A stretch of 64,000 bases of DNA from Raillietiella orientalis (lineage: Eukaryota): contig JAYWIR010000023.1 in NCBI GenBank assembly GCA_036172245.1, positions 3,038,001 through 3,102,000 of the forward strand. The letters run 5' to 3'. Position 1 is the first letter of the stretch, and each line of letters starts with the position of its first letter. A program made the position numbers and the translations under genes. The notes beneath the pieces were generated by a model. It saw only the letters and a list, made by a program, of their open reading frames with translations, was not told the origin of the DNA and did no database searches. Positions 10,721 to 23,000 of this stretch are shown in pieces.

Positions 10721-13700
10721 TTTTTTTTTTAATTTCCCCCCTTCCACTCGTTCCGCACTTTTCCCGGTGTTTCAGGAAGAAACGAGACATACCAAGGATC
10801 CTTGTTCCCACCCTTCACTTTATTATTTCTTCTCGCCTTCCTCGCATTCCGAGCTGTTCGAGATCTCGGCCTGCGAGCAAATGGGCACGGTCCTGGCAAA
10901 TGAACTTTTCCTTTTTTGTGTGTGTTTTTCGTTCGGGAACAATGTTGCCAACTTGTTTGTTTATTTTTTTCATATGTATATCTATAAAAAAAAAAACGCC
11001 TCCTTGCTACCAGGTGAAAATCTGCTTGCGCCCCAACATTCCTCGTTCCAAGAGAGCGCAACCCTTGCCTTTCTCTCAAGCGCTGGACGTGGAAGACGCA
11101 GCCTCGCGTCTGCTGGATCCGAGGCGAAGGGATGGCGAAGCATGTGATAATTAATGCTCTGCACTTGAACGCCAATTACACGAAGTGCAGGGATCAGATT
11201 CGTGAATGTTCGCTTACGTGACTGCTTTCCCCGGAAGGCATGCAGATTTTCTTCTCCCAGGCGGGTCGCCTCCTGGGGCAACGCACACGCAACCGTTTTA
11301 TCACCGCTCGTCCCCCTTCGTGTCAACCCGGATCGCGGACTGGGCTGTTGAAATACGTCGCGTTCACCATCCAGACGAGTCGGGAGACGATGGAGGGGAT
11401 CCCCCAAACACGATTTTCAGCTGACATGCGTGTCCTCCCGGATACGCGAACCGTCCCCAGCCTGTCTCGAAGAGATTCAATTCCCAAGGAGCGCAAGAGT
11501 TGCTGATTAAAGTCCGAGAACAAATAAGCTCCTCTTCATAATGGTTTATGGCATGCTTTTCGAGAGTGTACAGCATTATATACAGGTAAGATGAGCACCG
11601 GTGACGTAAGCACTTCCACTTTACGCCTGCGGGTAGCAAAAGATCCAGACCACCACACTTCACACTTTTGTTGCACCCCGTGTAATTCTTGATGACCGTC
11701 CCCTTTTGCCACGAGGCATTCGATGCTCGCCTCCTCGGCGAGTGCGCGGTCCAGCAGAGGAGAGGAGGCAGAGGTGAACGTTCATCCCTCGGTCCGTTCA
11801 CTGGTTTCAAGTTCGCGGCCGGAGCTTCCTAATTTTTTTTTTTTGGAGGGGGTAAGGGGAAGAAGGGTGGGCCTTGTTCGCTTGCTTCGAAAAGAAGAGC
11901 ATCATGGGACTCACCGCTTTGCCCGATTGCCCGTGGTGACTTGGCGGGTGGCAAGACTCCCGCGCGCGGAAGTTGCGGAGGGTCAGACCTTCGTGGGAAG
12001 GGAAGCCACGTACGATTTGCTGCTGCTACTGCTGCTCCTGGCGGAGATTCGTGCCTAAGGTCCCTTCCCGAGGAGACCCCCCGTCCTCCACCCCCTTGAT
12101 TGCCAGCTGCCGACCGGTCCACCACGCCCTGCCCTCAGCCAAGACGTGCCGCGGCCATCTCGACGGAAGGCGCCGCTTCGCCCCTCCCCCATCACTTTGT
12201 CGACCCACTTCATCCCCGCTCGTGCCTGCATGCTGTGGGAGGAGGTGGGAGTGGCTTGTTGCAGCCTTCCAGAGCTCCTGAGCTCCCTCTGGTCCTGTGC
12301 AGCGGTGCGTTGGAGACAGTTAGCTTCCTGTGAGAGGGGCGCAGTGGTGGCTCTTCCCTTTTCCTGGGAGCGAGGCACTTTGTTCTTTCTCTCTCCCGCT
12401 ACCTCCTTGTCCCTTTCGACCTCGGCCTTCGGGAGGAGTCGGCCGAGAGCATCTGGACGTTCCTCCCCTAAGAAGCTCCCCTGCATCCTACCTCCTCTCC
12501 CAAAGGACCTAACGCGGTCACCGCGATGCTTTTGCCTTCGAGTTCATCTCGATCGGCGCGCCAGAGTGCTGGGTGGGCTGCATCGGGCGCTGTCTTGCGG
12601 AATACATGACCTGCCATTGCCTCGGGACGGTCCCGGCGTCCGCAGCAGATGCGGTGGCGCCTCCTCTTCTGCATGACTTCGAGTAGCCCCTGCAGTCTCT
12701 TGGATGGGACGCTGCACAGAGCCCCCGTGCTGGAGGGCTGGGTCCGACGGCTCCCACGGGACCTTTGGCTGCCCTGGAATGTCTGCGTGCCCATCGAAGT
12801 CCTCGTTGACCTGCTTCCTGGAGGGTTCCGTTGACCTCTGAGTTTCGGCCGGGAGTCCAGCTCCAGATTTCTATCACATTCTTCCCAACCCACGCGGGCC
12901 CATCTGATCCTCCCTCCTTCGCGGAGACGCCGTGCTACAGAAGCGGTACCCTGGAGGTGCCTCCGCGAGGCACCAGAGGCTCCTAGAAAGATCCACCGAG
13001 TTCGCTCCGGGAGCACATTCTCGCCCGTACCCCAGCGGCGTGATGAGGGGCTTCATCTTTCGGGGCCTTCTCAGTCAAGAGGTCATCCCTTGACGGGCAC
13101 ACGAGCCCTGAGCACGAGGGGAGCTCCAAGTGAATTCGCGGGGCGAGAAAAGCAAAGGTCACCTAGGAAACTGATGCGAAGCGGCCAGTACTTCTTGCAA
13201 CTGAAGCGTCGGTGCCTCTTCGGCGGTTCCAAAGCGGCAGCTGCGCGAAAAGGGGCCCTCCATGGATTCTGGGTTGGAAAGGATGGGGTGGCGCAATTCC
13301 CTTTCCCCCTCTCCCCCTTCCCCACGAGGAGCGCCTTCCAGAGATCCTCGATACGACGACACAACACAGAAACCATTCAAAATGGGGAACAGCTAGGAGA
13401 CAGAGGGTCTTCCTCGCCCCCCACGGAGGAGGAGCACTCCCGGGAAGGGACGTGCGGCAGCTTCTCCCCTGCCGTCTTCTCTTTCGCAGGCAGCAAACTG
13501 AGGTATGCCTCCCCGGCGACAGGAAGGAGGAGGGGGAGCATGGACCTCTTGGAAAGGGGAAGCGCAGCACGACGAGACAGGATTATTCCACTCTCCTGTA
13601 TCCTCCTACTCCTACTCCTCTCCCCCTCCTTCCTTCTGCTGTCCGTTGATGGGTGTGCTCCCTGCCTCTCGCGAAAGAAACAGGAGAGTCTCACCCCTCC

Positions 13701-14034
13701 CCCTCCTCCCCAGCGCGTGCGAGGTCGCGGCCCTCTCGAGGACTTCCCGTGTCTCTGCAGGGAAGAGGGATGCGGATGGGAGCGATCGCCATCACTCGGG
13801 GAGGAGTCGGGACGGCTGGTACACGGAGCAGCTGCGGGGCTGGACGATCTTCGCGCGTGGCAGCTTCAGAGGGGGAGGGGGAAGGGGAAGCACCGCGCGG
13901 CGAAAGCGGCGGCCTTTCTTCTACGTAGCGCGCGAGGAGCGGCCCGCGCGCACAGAAGGAGAGGGGACGCGGGAGAAGGAGGAGGCGGGTATCCATAGAA
14001 ACGAGGGACTCGTGCCGGCAGATCTCTCGGGAGG

Positions 14035-14079
14035 ATGGTGTACGGGCTGCTGTACGAGAGCGTTCAGCATTACATCAAG
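14035..14079 (+). CDS. Gyc89Da: sGC exon 1 ([15 protein letters not shown]), H-NOX N-terminus
   Basis: ATG at 14035, H-NOX 'MYG' type start, donor AAG|gtaag at 14080. Confidence 0.88.
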
Positions 14080-17000
14080 GTAAGAGCAAGTGGAGCCCTG
14101 CATGCTGGGGAGCGCACTCCCTCCTTTTCCTCTCTGTCTCGAGGCTGCTGCCCGGAGGGAAGGGGGGATGCGCGGTTCGCTTCCTCCGCGGATGAGGACC
14201 AGGGAGCAGTGCGCGCGCCAGATCAGCTCCCTAATGGTCGGGGAGCGAGCTCATAGTCCCAGGAACCGGGGACTCCTCGGCCGAACGAGGGGGATCCCCT
14301 CCTACCTCACTTCCTGCTGCAGCCGGGCCCGCCGCTTGGGAGGCTCGAGGGTCCGCAGAGAAGGGCTCCGGAGAGAGACCCCGAGGAACCCGTCGCCTGC
14401 CTTGCAAGAGCCCCCACTGGCTTTCCCCTACCGGACGACGCGCCTCACAGCTGCTCTCTGTGGACGTCCGCGAGGGAAAGGGGGTGGACGGTACGCACCG
14501 CGCGACACTCCAGGGGTCTCGGCGGTGCGCGTGCTCCCTGGGGCCCATCCCATCCTACTCCACGTGTACGGCGGGTGCACACTCCGTCCACGTGAGCGTT
14601 CAGGGACGTCTGCTCCCGCACGCGACCAGTAGGCTCTCGGGAGCTCCGACAGCCGTGGAGACTCCAGGCAGAGTGCAGCCGGGCCCGAGGCGGTGCCATG
14701 GGAACGCTGCGGGAACCAGGAAGGGAGGGATGAGGAGACGCCGCGGCCGTGGGTGACACAAGTGCCGTCGGTTCGTCGCAAGAGTTCGACGTCCTGGACC
14801 GCTCCCAAGGTCCACCCTGAGACGCTGTTCCGCTCCTCCTTCCCATTCCTCTTTCCCATTCCTTCTGAACGTGGCGAAACTTCCACACGCAGGACGGAAT
14901 GCGATCTCACTGTGACTTCCGGGATGGAGGATTCTCTTTCCCTGTCTCAGGAACTTCTTGAAACGAGGAGGGAACTTTCTTTGCGGAAGGGGGAGCGCTT
15001 TGAGTGGCAGGGATACGGAACAGCTGCGTCCTGCAAATCTCTCCGAAGGGAAGTAGGCGGAAGAAAACTGAGTCTGTGAGCGCTGCCCTGCGGAGGGTGT
15101 CCCTGAATAAGGGCGAGGAGATGAGAGGGTTCGCGTCACGGTGGGAGCAGGGAACCTTGAAGTCTCCCCGGTCCGCCAGGCGCCGCGGAAAGGGAGGATG
15201 AGGCGCGCAGAGATTAGAAAAAAAAAAAATCGGAGGCGGGAGCGGAGACAGCAGCAGCAGCGGCGTTCTGGCTGTTTCACCGCGCTGCGAGCTTACCGCA
15301 AGGAAACGGATCCTCTCGAACGTCCCAGGAAAGGAGGGGGTCCCTGAGCTCGAATCTGACCTCTTTTGGCATTCACCCCGGTGTCTCCTGTCTGTCTCCG
15401 AGGGACGCCACCTAGAGAAACCGTTCTAGAAATCCGAGTCCCGAAGGGAGGTGGCCTCTAAGAGGAAAAGACCTATCCTAGAGAACTCCTGCTGTCTGAG
15501 GGAGGGTCACCCAATCTGGGGACCCCTTGTCTGCCGGAGCGCCCCGCGTTGGCTCCGACTATTGCCGCGGGCGCTTCTCTTCTCTTCTGGAGGAGAACTC
15601 TTTGCTTGCGGGTGTTTCACCTGATTCCGAGGCGTCAAAGGGAGAAGGGAAACTTCCCTGGACATGATGGCTCTATCTCAGGGGCTCTCACTGGAGCCTC
15701 GACTCCCCGTCACTCGATGATATCAGGTGGTCGCGCGGCTTGTCCCAGGGTACGACGAAGCAGGCGGGACGGAGGGTGACCCAGGCAGTCTGCGGTGCGA
15801 TACCGCTGAGATGAGCCCGGGGATCCCCTCCTGTGGAAGAGGCGTCTGGGATCCTCCGGTGAACGGGCTGACATGGCGTGCTTCTTCGAGACTCTTCCAG
15901 GACATGAAGGAGCAACACTCTCACTCCTGCCCTTCCTTCTTGTGTGGCAGAGAGAAGAGAAAGGGCTGTGAAGGGAGTCTCTTTGTTAATCTTTTCGAAG
16001 GTTCTGGCTTTGTTCAGTGAGGTCTACTCTGGAAGACTTCCAGAAAACTGATCTGAGATCCCTAAGATGTAGCCGCATATGCCGTTCTTGTTTTCTGTTA
16101 CCCCTCCTTTGCCCTCTCCCCATCTACCTGTTCACAGGCGTAATCAAAGGCTAGGATGAGTATGGCTTTTTTGGCATTTCCAAAACAGTACCCGAGTCCA
16201 CCAGGGCAAGTGGAGTGCCCAGCTAACATAACGTCCGCAAAGTCGGGGTTCGTTGAGCATCCATGGGAACCTGACTGGTACGCCGCAATGTGCATGCTCG
16301 GGAGAAATGAGTACCAGGGGCATTCAAGAGATCATCACCATCTGGCGATTCGTTTTGAGCTGCCAGAAGCCTCCTTCTAGGAGAAGCCAGGCCTCTCTTT
16401 CCGAACCTTGCGCATCTGCAGCTGGTGGTAGCTTCAGAGGATCGTCGTTCCATTTGGATGACCGGTGCTGTAGGCAGTCCTCCGCTCTCGGCCCTTTCTC
16501 CTCATGGACCGGAACCAGAAGCTCTCGGTACATGCGTTTGTCTAGCCTCTTCTGCAGGTCCCTCTGTCGATGCTGCAACAGGTTGCGATACTGCACTGCT
16601 CTTCTGAGGACTTCTTGGAGCTAAAGTTCAAATCAGCAGCAGCTACGAGCATCGAAGGAGAACGAAGAGAAAAGGATGGAAGGAGGAGGAAAGATTAAGG
16701 ATCTGATTGATGACTGACTGATGACCATAGCACAGGATGTCTTTCTCCCCCGTGTTCGTATTTTCGCGTTACAAGAGCGGGAGAAGGGATGAGACAACGA
16801 GCGTCGAGAAGGAAAAGTTTGTGGGATGGGAAAGGCCTAAAATCGAACTGCTCTTGCTCTTAATTGGAAAAGTTGCTCTCGTGCTCTCAGTTCTCTCTGA
16901 CTCTGGCGAAGGGACCCCGCTCTCACCAGGAAGGAGAGCTCTTCTTGCAGAAGGAGTTCATCGTTCCCGCTTCCTCTTTGAGCAATCAATCATCAAGAAG

Positions 17001-20000
17001 AGAAGGAGGAGGAGAAAAATAAAAGGGAACAGGGGAAATCTGTGCGGCACAGGAGTGTCTCCATGCCCTGCTGAGATCAGAGCCATACCCCAAGGCTATC
17101 GGGGAAGCGAGTGGGCTTCCTTCTCAAGCGCGATGGCGAGCGGCGACGGGCGGGAGATCCCCCGGGCAGGCCCGCAGCAGACCTCTCCTCCTTGAAAGAC
17201 CCACAGCGGCGAGTGAGCTCTTCATCTTTTCTCTTTCTCCCTTATGCTCTCTCCTCGTTCCTGCTTTAGCCGTTCCGGGTTTCGCGGGAAGCGGAGAGGT
17301 GATCCTCGGCTGGGGGTGTGGGTCGGACACTGACCTTACCCCCCTTTCTTCCTTTCGACCCTTGCCCTTTTATTCCTTTCTTTCGACCTCTAAGGACCTG
17401 TCCTCTCTCACTTTCTGCCGTCGCTCTTCCAGGTCGAGTTCGGAGAGGAGGCCTGGTTGAAGATCCTGGAGGACTCGGGCGAGAACTCTTCCATGGTGTT
17501 CCAGACTCACCAGATCTACCCGGACGAGCTGATGCTCTCACTGGCGCTCCACTGCTCGATGCATCCGGCCGCCGCAGGGCGCACCAGCGATGACTTCATG
17601 GAGTACTTCGGCCGGTGCTTCGTGCGATACTTCAGCCACTACGGCTATGACAGCCTGATCCGGGCGTCCGGGCGCTACTTCAGGGATTTCCTCCAAAGCC
17701 TGGACTTCCTCCATCACCAGATGAGGTTCAGCTACCCAAAGATGATTAGTCCATTTATGTACCTGGGGGAGGAGAGCGAAGAAGGAGCTGTCCTCTACTA
17801 CATGACCACCCGCTGCATGTTCTCCCCTTATCTCAAAGGTCAGCTGAAGCAGGTGGCCACTGACTTCTTCAACGTCACCATCGACGTAAGGCTCTTTGAT
17901 TTATCCTAGTCAGTAAAGGAGAAAAGGGGGGGAAGGGACAAAGAGCAGGTGCGAGGGTGTCGCCTCTCGGGATCGATTGGGAGATGGAGCGCGCACTGCC
18001 AGGTCGCGACGCGGGGACGACAAGTCCGCCGTGCACCCACAGGCAGGAAACACCAACCTTCGTACTCCGAGTACATTTTCGCGCGAGCGGACGCTCTGGA
18101 CGCACAGGAGCAGGCGCGACGGCGCAGGGAGGAGGAGCCAAAAGAGAGCAGTTTCTCGGGATCACCAGCGCCGTATCTTCAAGAAGCGGAGGGAAGGACC
18201 TATCCTGCTCCCAGTCTTCCGACCCGGAAAGGGTCTCTCCAAAAGGAAGGAAAGAGGAGTGAAAATGGGACCCCTTTCAGGCCACTTCCATCCCTGGGGA
18301 TTGGAAGAGCCGTTTGTCCTGTGAGGACGACGCCATCTCTTCGGAAGGTCTCCTTTCGTGTCTGCTCGCCGTTGGGGCTACCACGCGGGCGCGCGTTTAC
18401 GAAGAAAGCTCAACCCTCCCAGAACCCTCCCTCAAAGACTGCTGTGGAAGCGTCCACACTGCCCGTCGTCCAAGGATGGAGCTATCCTCCTGGATCTCGT
18501 CCTCTCAATCCTCAGACCCGACCCCAACACCTCGACATGGAGTCATCCGTCCACATTCCTCCGCTTCCTCCTCCACATCCATCCACATTTCTCTTCCTTC
18601 GGTCCTCCTTTTCTTTTTCTTCTCCCCCCTCCCCCTCCTGTTCCTCAGTCCTCTTCTCCGTTCTGGGTGCGGGAGAAAGTGCACACGCAGGACAGAATGC
18701 GATCTCACTTAAGAGCCCGCTGCCCTAGAAGTGCCCTCGGAAGTGGTAGTCCTCACGTAACTGGTACAGAGCGAGGTACACAAAGGGGCAGGGGCCACTG
18801 GAGCGTCTCACCTCGCCATGGTGTGGAGGAGGGAGAGAAGCCCAATGAGACGAAGAGACGAACTGGAACGACCTCAAGTGGCGCTCCCGGCAGCAGAGGA
18901 GATTCCCGGAAGGGCAGGTGAACTGTTCGTCCTTCCCGGAATCGCCGAAGATCAGGGATGTGGAAGAGGAGTACCGAAACGCAAATGGCAATTTCCAGAG
19001 AAGGGGCAGAAGAGGGTCATTTTGCCAAGGAGCGTACCCAGGGCCCTATCAGGGACTCTCCAGAGGGTATCGCTTCGGGAATGGCGGGAAGAAACGCCTG
19101 TCGCTCCCAAAAACTTCACCGAAGGAGAGAAGTGTCAGGAGCGCTCCCTCGCTCGTGGCTGCCCACCAGGGGCCCCTCATGAAAGACAGGGATCGGAAAG
19201 AAGACTGGGAGCTCGTCCCGACCTTCCGGAGAAAATTCCATAGTAGAGCTGGGGTCAGGTTAAGGACTTCCGTGTCTTCCTGTGGAGTCTTCTCCTACTT
19301 CTCTGGTGCTCTTTTCAAGGAAGGCTCGTCCCTCGAAAAAGCTTCCCGAGCTCCTCTCGGAGGGAGGGACCCTCTCTCTCTTCCTGCCTCTAGACTCGCT
19401 CTCCACTCGATTTCTCCTATGCTTCATGAGGGTTGGATGGCACGCTGCAGACTTCTGGACTCTCATGGATACTGGCTCTATGGAAAGAGAAGAGGGCGGC
19501 AGGGAACGTAGAGGTGGCGGCAGTTACTAAGGGAAGTGGGTAGGAAAGGGGAGGGTGTCCATGCAGGGTCAAAAAGGTCAGGGGGAGGACCTCGAATTGC
19601 TTCACACAAAGGATGCTCCCTCTCTTTCCTCTTCTGGGAAGGATCCAATCCGTGCGACGAGGAAGGAGGGGCTGAGGAAGGGTGCCTCCCGCGCGAGACA
19701 CTTCCCCACCCCCCCGCCTCTCCGTTTGCCTCCTTCGCTTCTCCTACGCAGTCTGATGACCGGGAGTTGTTCCCAGCGGAGAGGTGAGGAGAGAGGATGC
19801 GAGGAAGAGGTAACCAGGTTTGGCAACCAGATCCCTTCCACCCACCCACCTCGGGAACGACCTCTCCTCCCGCAGAGGGGCTCGAAGGTCTCGGCGACCT
19901 GACGAAGCATTTCCCTCTCTTCTTGCAGATCGAGTCCTGCATCCAGCAGGGGCCGAGGGACTTCGTCCTGCGGCTCAAGTTCGCCAACGACGGCTACATC

Positions 20001-23000
20001 GCCTTTCACAACCACAAGATCCGCCAAGAGGCCTCAATGTCCCTCTTCCAGCCCATCCCTCCCCACTACATCTTCAACCTTTACCCCTTTAGCTTCATGT
20101 TCAACGAGAGCATGGAGATCCTGGCCGCAGGGAGGATGCTGTTTAAGTTCATAGGCGAGAAGAACCTCATCGGCAGGAAGGTGGAGGAGGTCTTCAACGT
20201 CCGGAGGCCGAAGATCCCCCTGGAGTGGAAGATCGTGAGTCCTGTGCCTCGGGGGAGGGGTGGATGGCACGACCCTTCCAGATCCTCTCCCTCAGGTGCA
20301 TTCTCTTCGAGATCGAACTTATCTTCCAAGACATGTCGGAAGGCGACGACCAGGACAAATCAGAGAAAAAGAACAAGAAACTGTTCCTGGGCTTCCAAGG
20401 TCACATGAAGTTCATCCCCGAGTGGAACTCCATGATGTACTTGTGCCTGCCGCTGTGAGTTTCCTCTTCCCTCCCTCCTCCGTGATCTTCGCCCTTCTGA
20501 GCGGTCCACCCTTATGCAAGTCGGAGCCCCCCCCGAGGGAATGCGAGAAAGCGCAGTCACTCGGACGCATTCCAGGGAAGCCGCTCCGCGGCGAAAAGGG
20601 AAGGGAGGGAACGAGCGAGAAAATGCGGGATCCACCCTTCCCTGAGAGGCAGTTCAGCCAAAGAGCCCCCGGGGAGAGACCGCCCCCAGGGAAGAACATG
20701 TGGTGGAGGAGAAATCGTAGGGAGGCTCATGGAAAGGCATCGACGTCTTTGCTCGCTCCAGAAGCTGGTCCTGTGTGGGAGTGGCTCTTGTCCAGGACTG
20801 CCAGTGGAAGAACTGAGCTTCCCACCGAGCGTGCTAGAGTCCAGAGGGACCTCCACAAGACTGGGCAGAGGCACTTTACGCGCAGAGGAGGCGTTCTCAT
20901 GGGGGGAGCGAGGGAAGTGAGCTCTGCGGAGGAAGACCGCTTCGCCCTTTGAGTCCGCTGGGGAGAGGGACAAGACGTCTCTGAAGACAGAGAAGATCCG
21001 TAGAGGAAGGCAGAAAACCTAGATCGAGAGAGACGGTCTGACATCGAGGCTCGGCTCCGATCCTGCCTGAAGGGCATTCTTAGAGAAGTTCCCAAGGATG
21101 AGAGTCGTGAGGCCGACAGCCGCGGCTCTCCAAACGATACATCGTGTAGAGGGCTGCGGGGAAGATGGGAGTCAAGTGAGACAAGGTCATAAAGTGCCGC
21201 GGGTGGTCGGTGTCGTGGAATTTTCCTGCTGTTCGTCTGCATTCCCTCCTCCTGCTATTAGAGGGGGGGAGGGATCCTCTGGGAGCTCAGAAAGGCGCTT
21301 TGGTTCCTTTCGACTCGACGAAGGAGCCCCGAGATAGGGCACCATAGAGGAGCCGCTCGTGCGACCTCGCGAATGCTTCTGGCTCAGCCCGCGGTCGGTA
21401 AGCTTGTGCGGTGGGCATGATGCGGAGCCTTCTGGGAGGTCACCAAGAAGTCGTGTGCGGATTCTTCAGAGCCTCCACTCGTGTCTTACGGTAAGCACTC
21501 ACTTTGCTCCTCCCAGGAAGCCTCGATTGCCTCAATGTGCCCTCAGAGATGCTTGAAAGATCGCCTCTCTCACACAGTTCCTTCCTAGAGTCATCCTTCG
21601 CCTTAGTTCCCCCATCTTTCCGAGATCTCGGTTGGTTTTCTGTCCGCTTTTTTCTCTCGACGGTCCTTTTCCTCGGGCAACCCACATCTTCTCGCAGCGG
21701 GGATCAACACACCAACTCTGTTTCAACAAGCTCGCATCAGAGACCTGTCTCCGCTCGTGGCACCACCAAGCGTCGCGGGATCGAATACTCCGAAATAAAT
21801 CCGCGCAGTCCGTCGTGGGTTCGAGTTCCTCCCGCAAGATGAAGCTGGTTGGCCTACATTCCTTCGGGTGTGGCACTGGTAGCGGTTCGAACCAGATGCC
21901 CCCGATGAGGACCAGAACAATGGAAATCGACCTTCGGGTCCTTTCAGGAATCAAGGAGTGGGTTGGCTCCTCCGGCAACCGGAGGAGTCAATCCAGAAGG
22001 TTCAGACCTCCAATTCCCAGGGAGACCCTCCGCATCGTACTGATGGAGTAGGTGTGTCTCCATCTTTCCAGAGAGTGCAGAGAAGCGAGCCGATCCCTTC
22101 GGGGAAGCAGCACCCTTCTGAATTTCGGAAGCGTCCCTTCGGGGTTCTCTTCAGAGGAGGAAACCAGGAGAGGTTCCCTTGCGGGTTCCCTCCGGAGAAG
22201 AAATTCCTCCTAGCGGATCCTTTCTGAGTTCCCTTCGGAGAAGAAAAAATGGAGCAGACCACTTCGGGGTCTCTCTGGAGAGATTAAGAAAGGAGGTTCC
22301 CTTCGGAAACAATCAGGGTGAAGGTGATCTTCATTCCGGGGATCCCTTCCCAGGCGTGAGAGGAACGGACTCCGAACCCTTGCTGGATTCATAGAGAAGT
22401 GTCTTCGCGGGGTACCCCCTATCTTGAGGGATTACACACACCCTCTGGTGGCGTGTAACAGTGTTAAAGAGCTGCGCGAGTCGCCAGGCGCGCTACGGCT
22501 CTTGAGCTACTCAGCGAACCAAGAAAAAACTGGAAGGAAAACAGCGAAGACAGAAAAGAAGGATTTCCATCATCCGAGGAGACTTCCTTGTGCAATGTAG
22601 CCTCCGGCTAAGGGGATGCCAACTGATTCTCTTTTCCTTGGTTTTCACATCCGCTTTTACTCCCTGAGGAAGAGGAGAAACTCCCCCATGTAGGCACATC
22701 CATGCATGAGATCGTCAGAAGAGGGGGAGGAAGGGGGGAATATTTTCGTTCTCCTTCCCACGCAAGCGAGAGTTGAGGTAACTGGCATCCTTCCAGAATC
22801 TAGCTCCGAGCTCTTACCCCCAGGGTGATCAGGAGTAGTAGGTGAAAACTCGAGTTCCGACTGCCAGCGCCGGATACATGGCTCCTGTAACTCTCTTAGC
22901 CACAGGGATGCTGAAGAACTGTCGAACTGTGTGTGCTTGCTGTGGTGCAATTCAAAGAGAGAAGCTGGAAAGTGGACGTGGCCAGAGAAACGCGGAGGCA

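Noticed and set aside
15300..15900. Weak similarity to the reverse complement of ~36600-37200 and to ~34300-34460
   Set aside because: Only scattered short words match by eye; an alignment would be needed.
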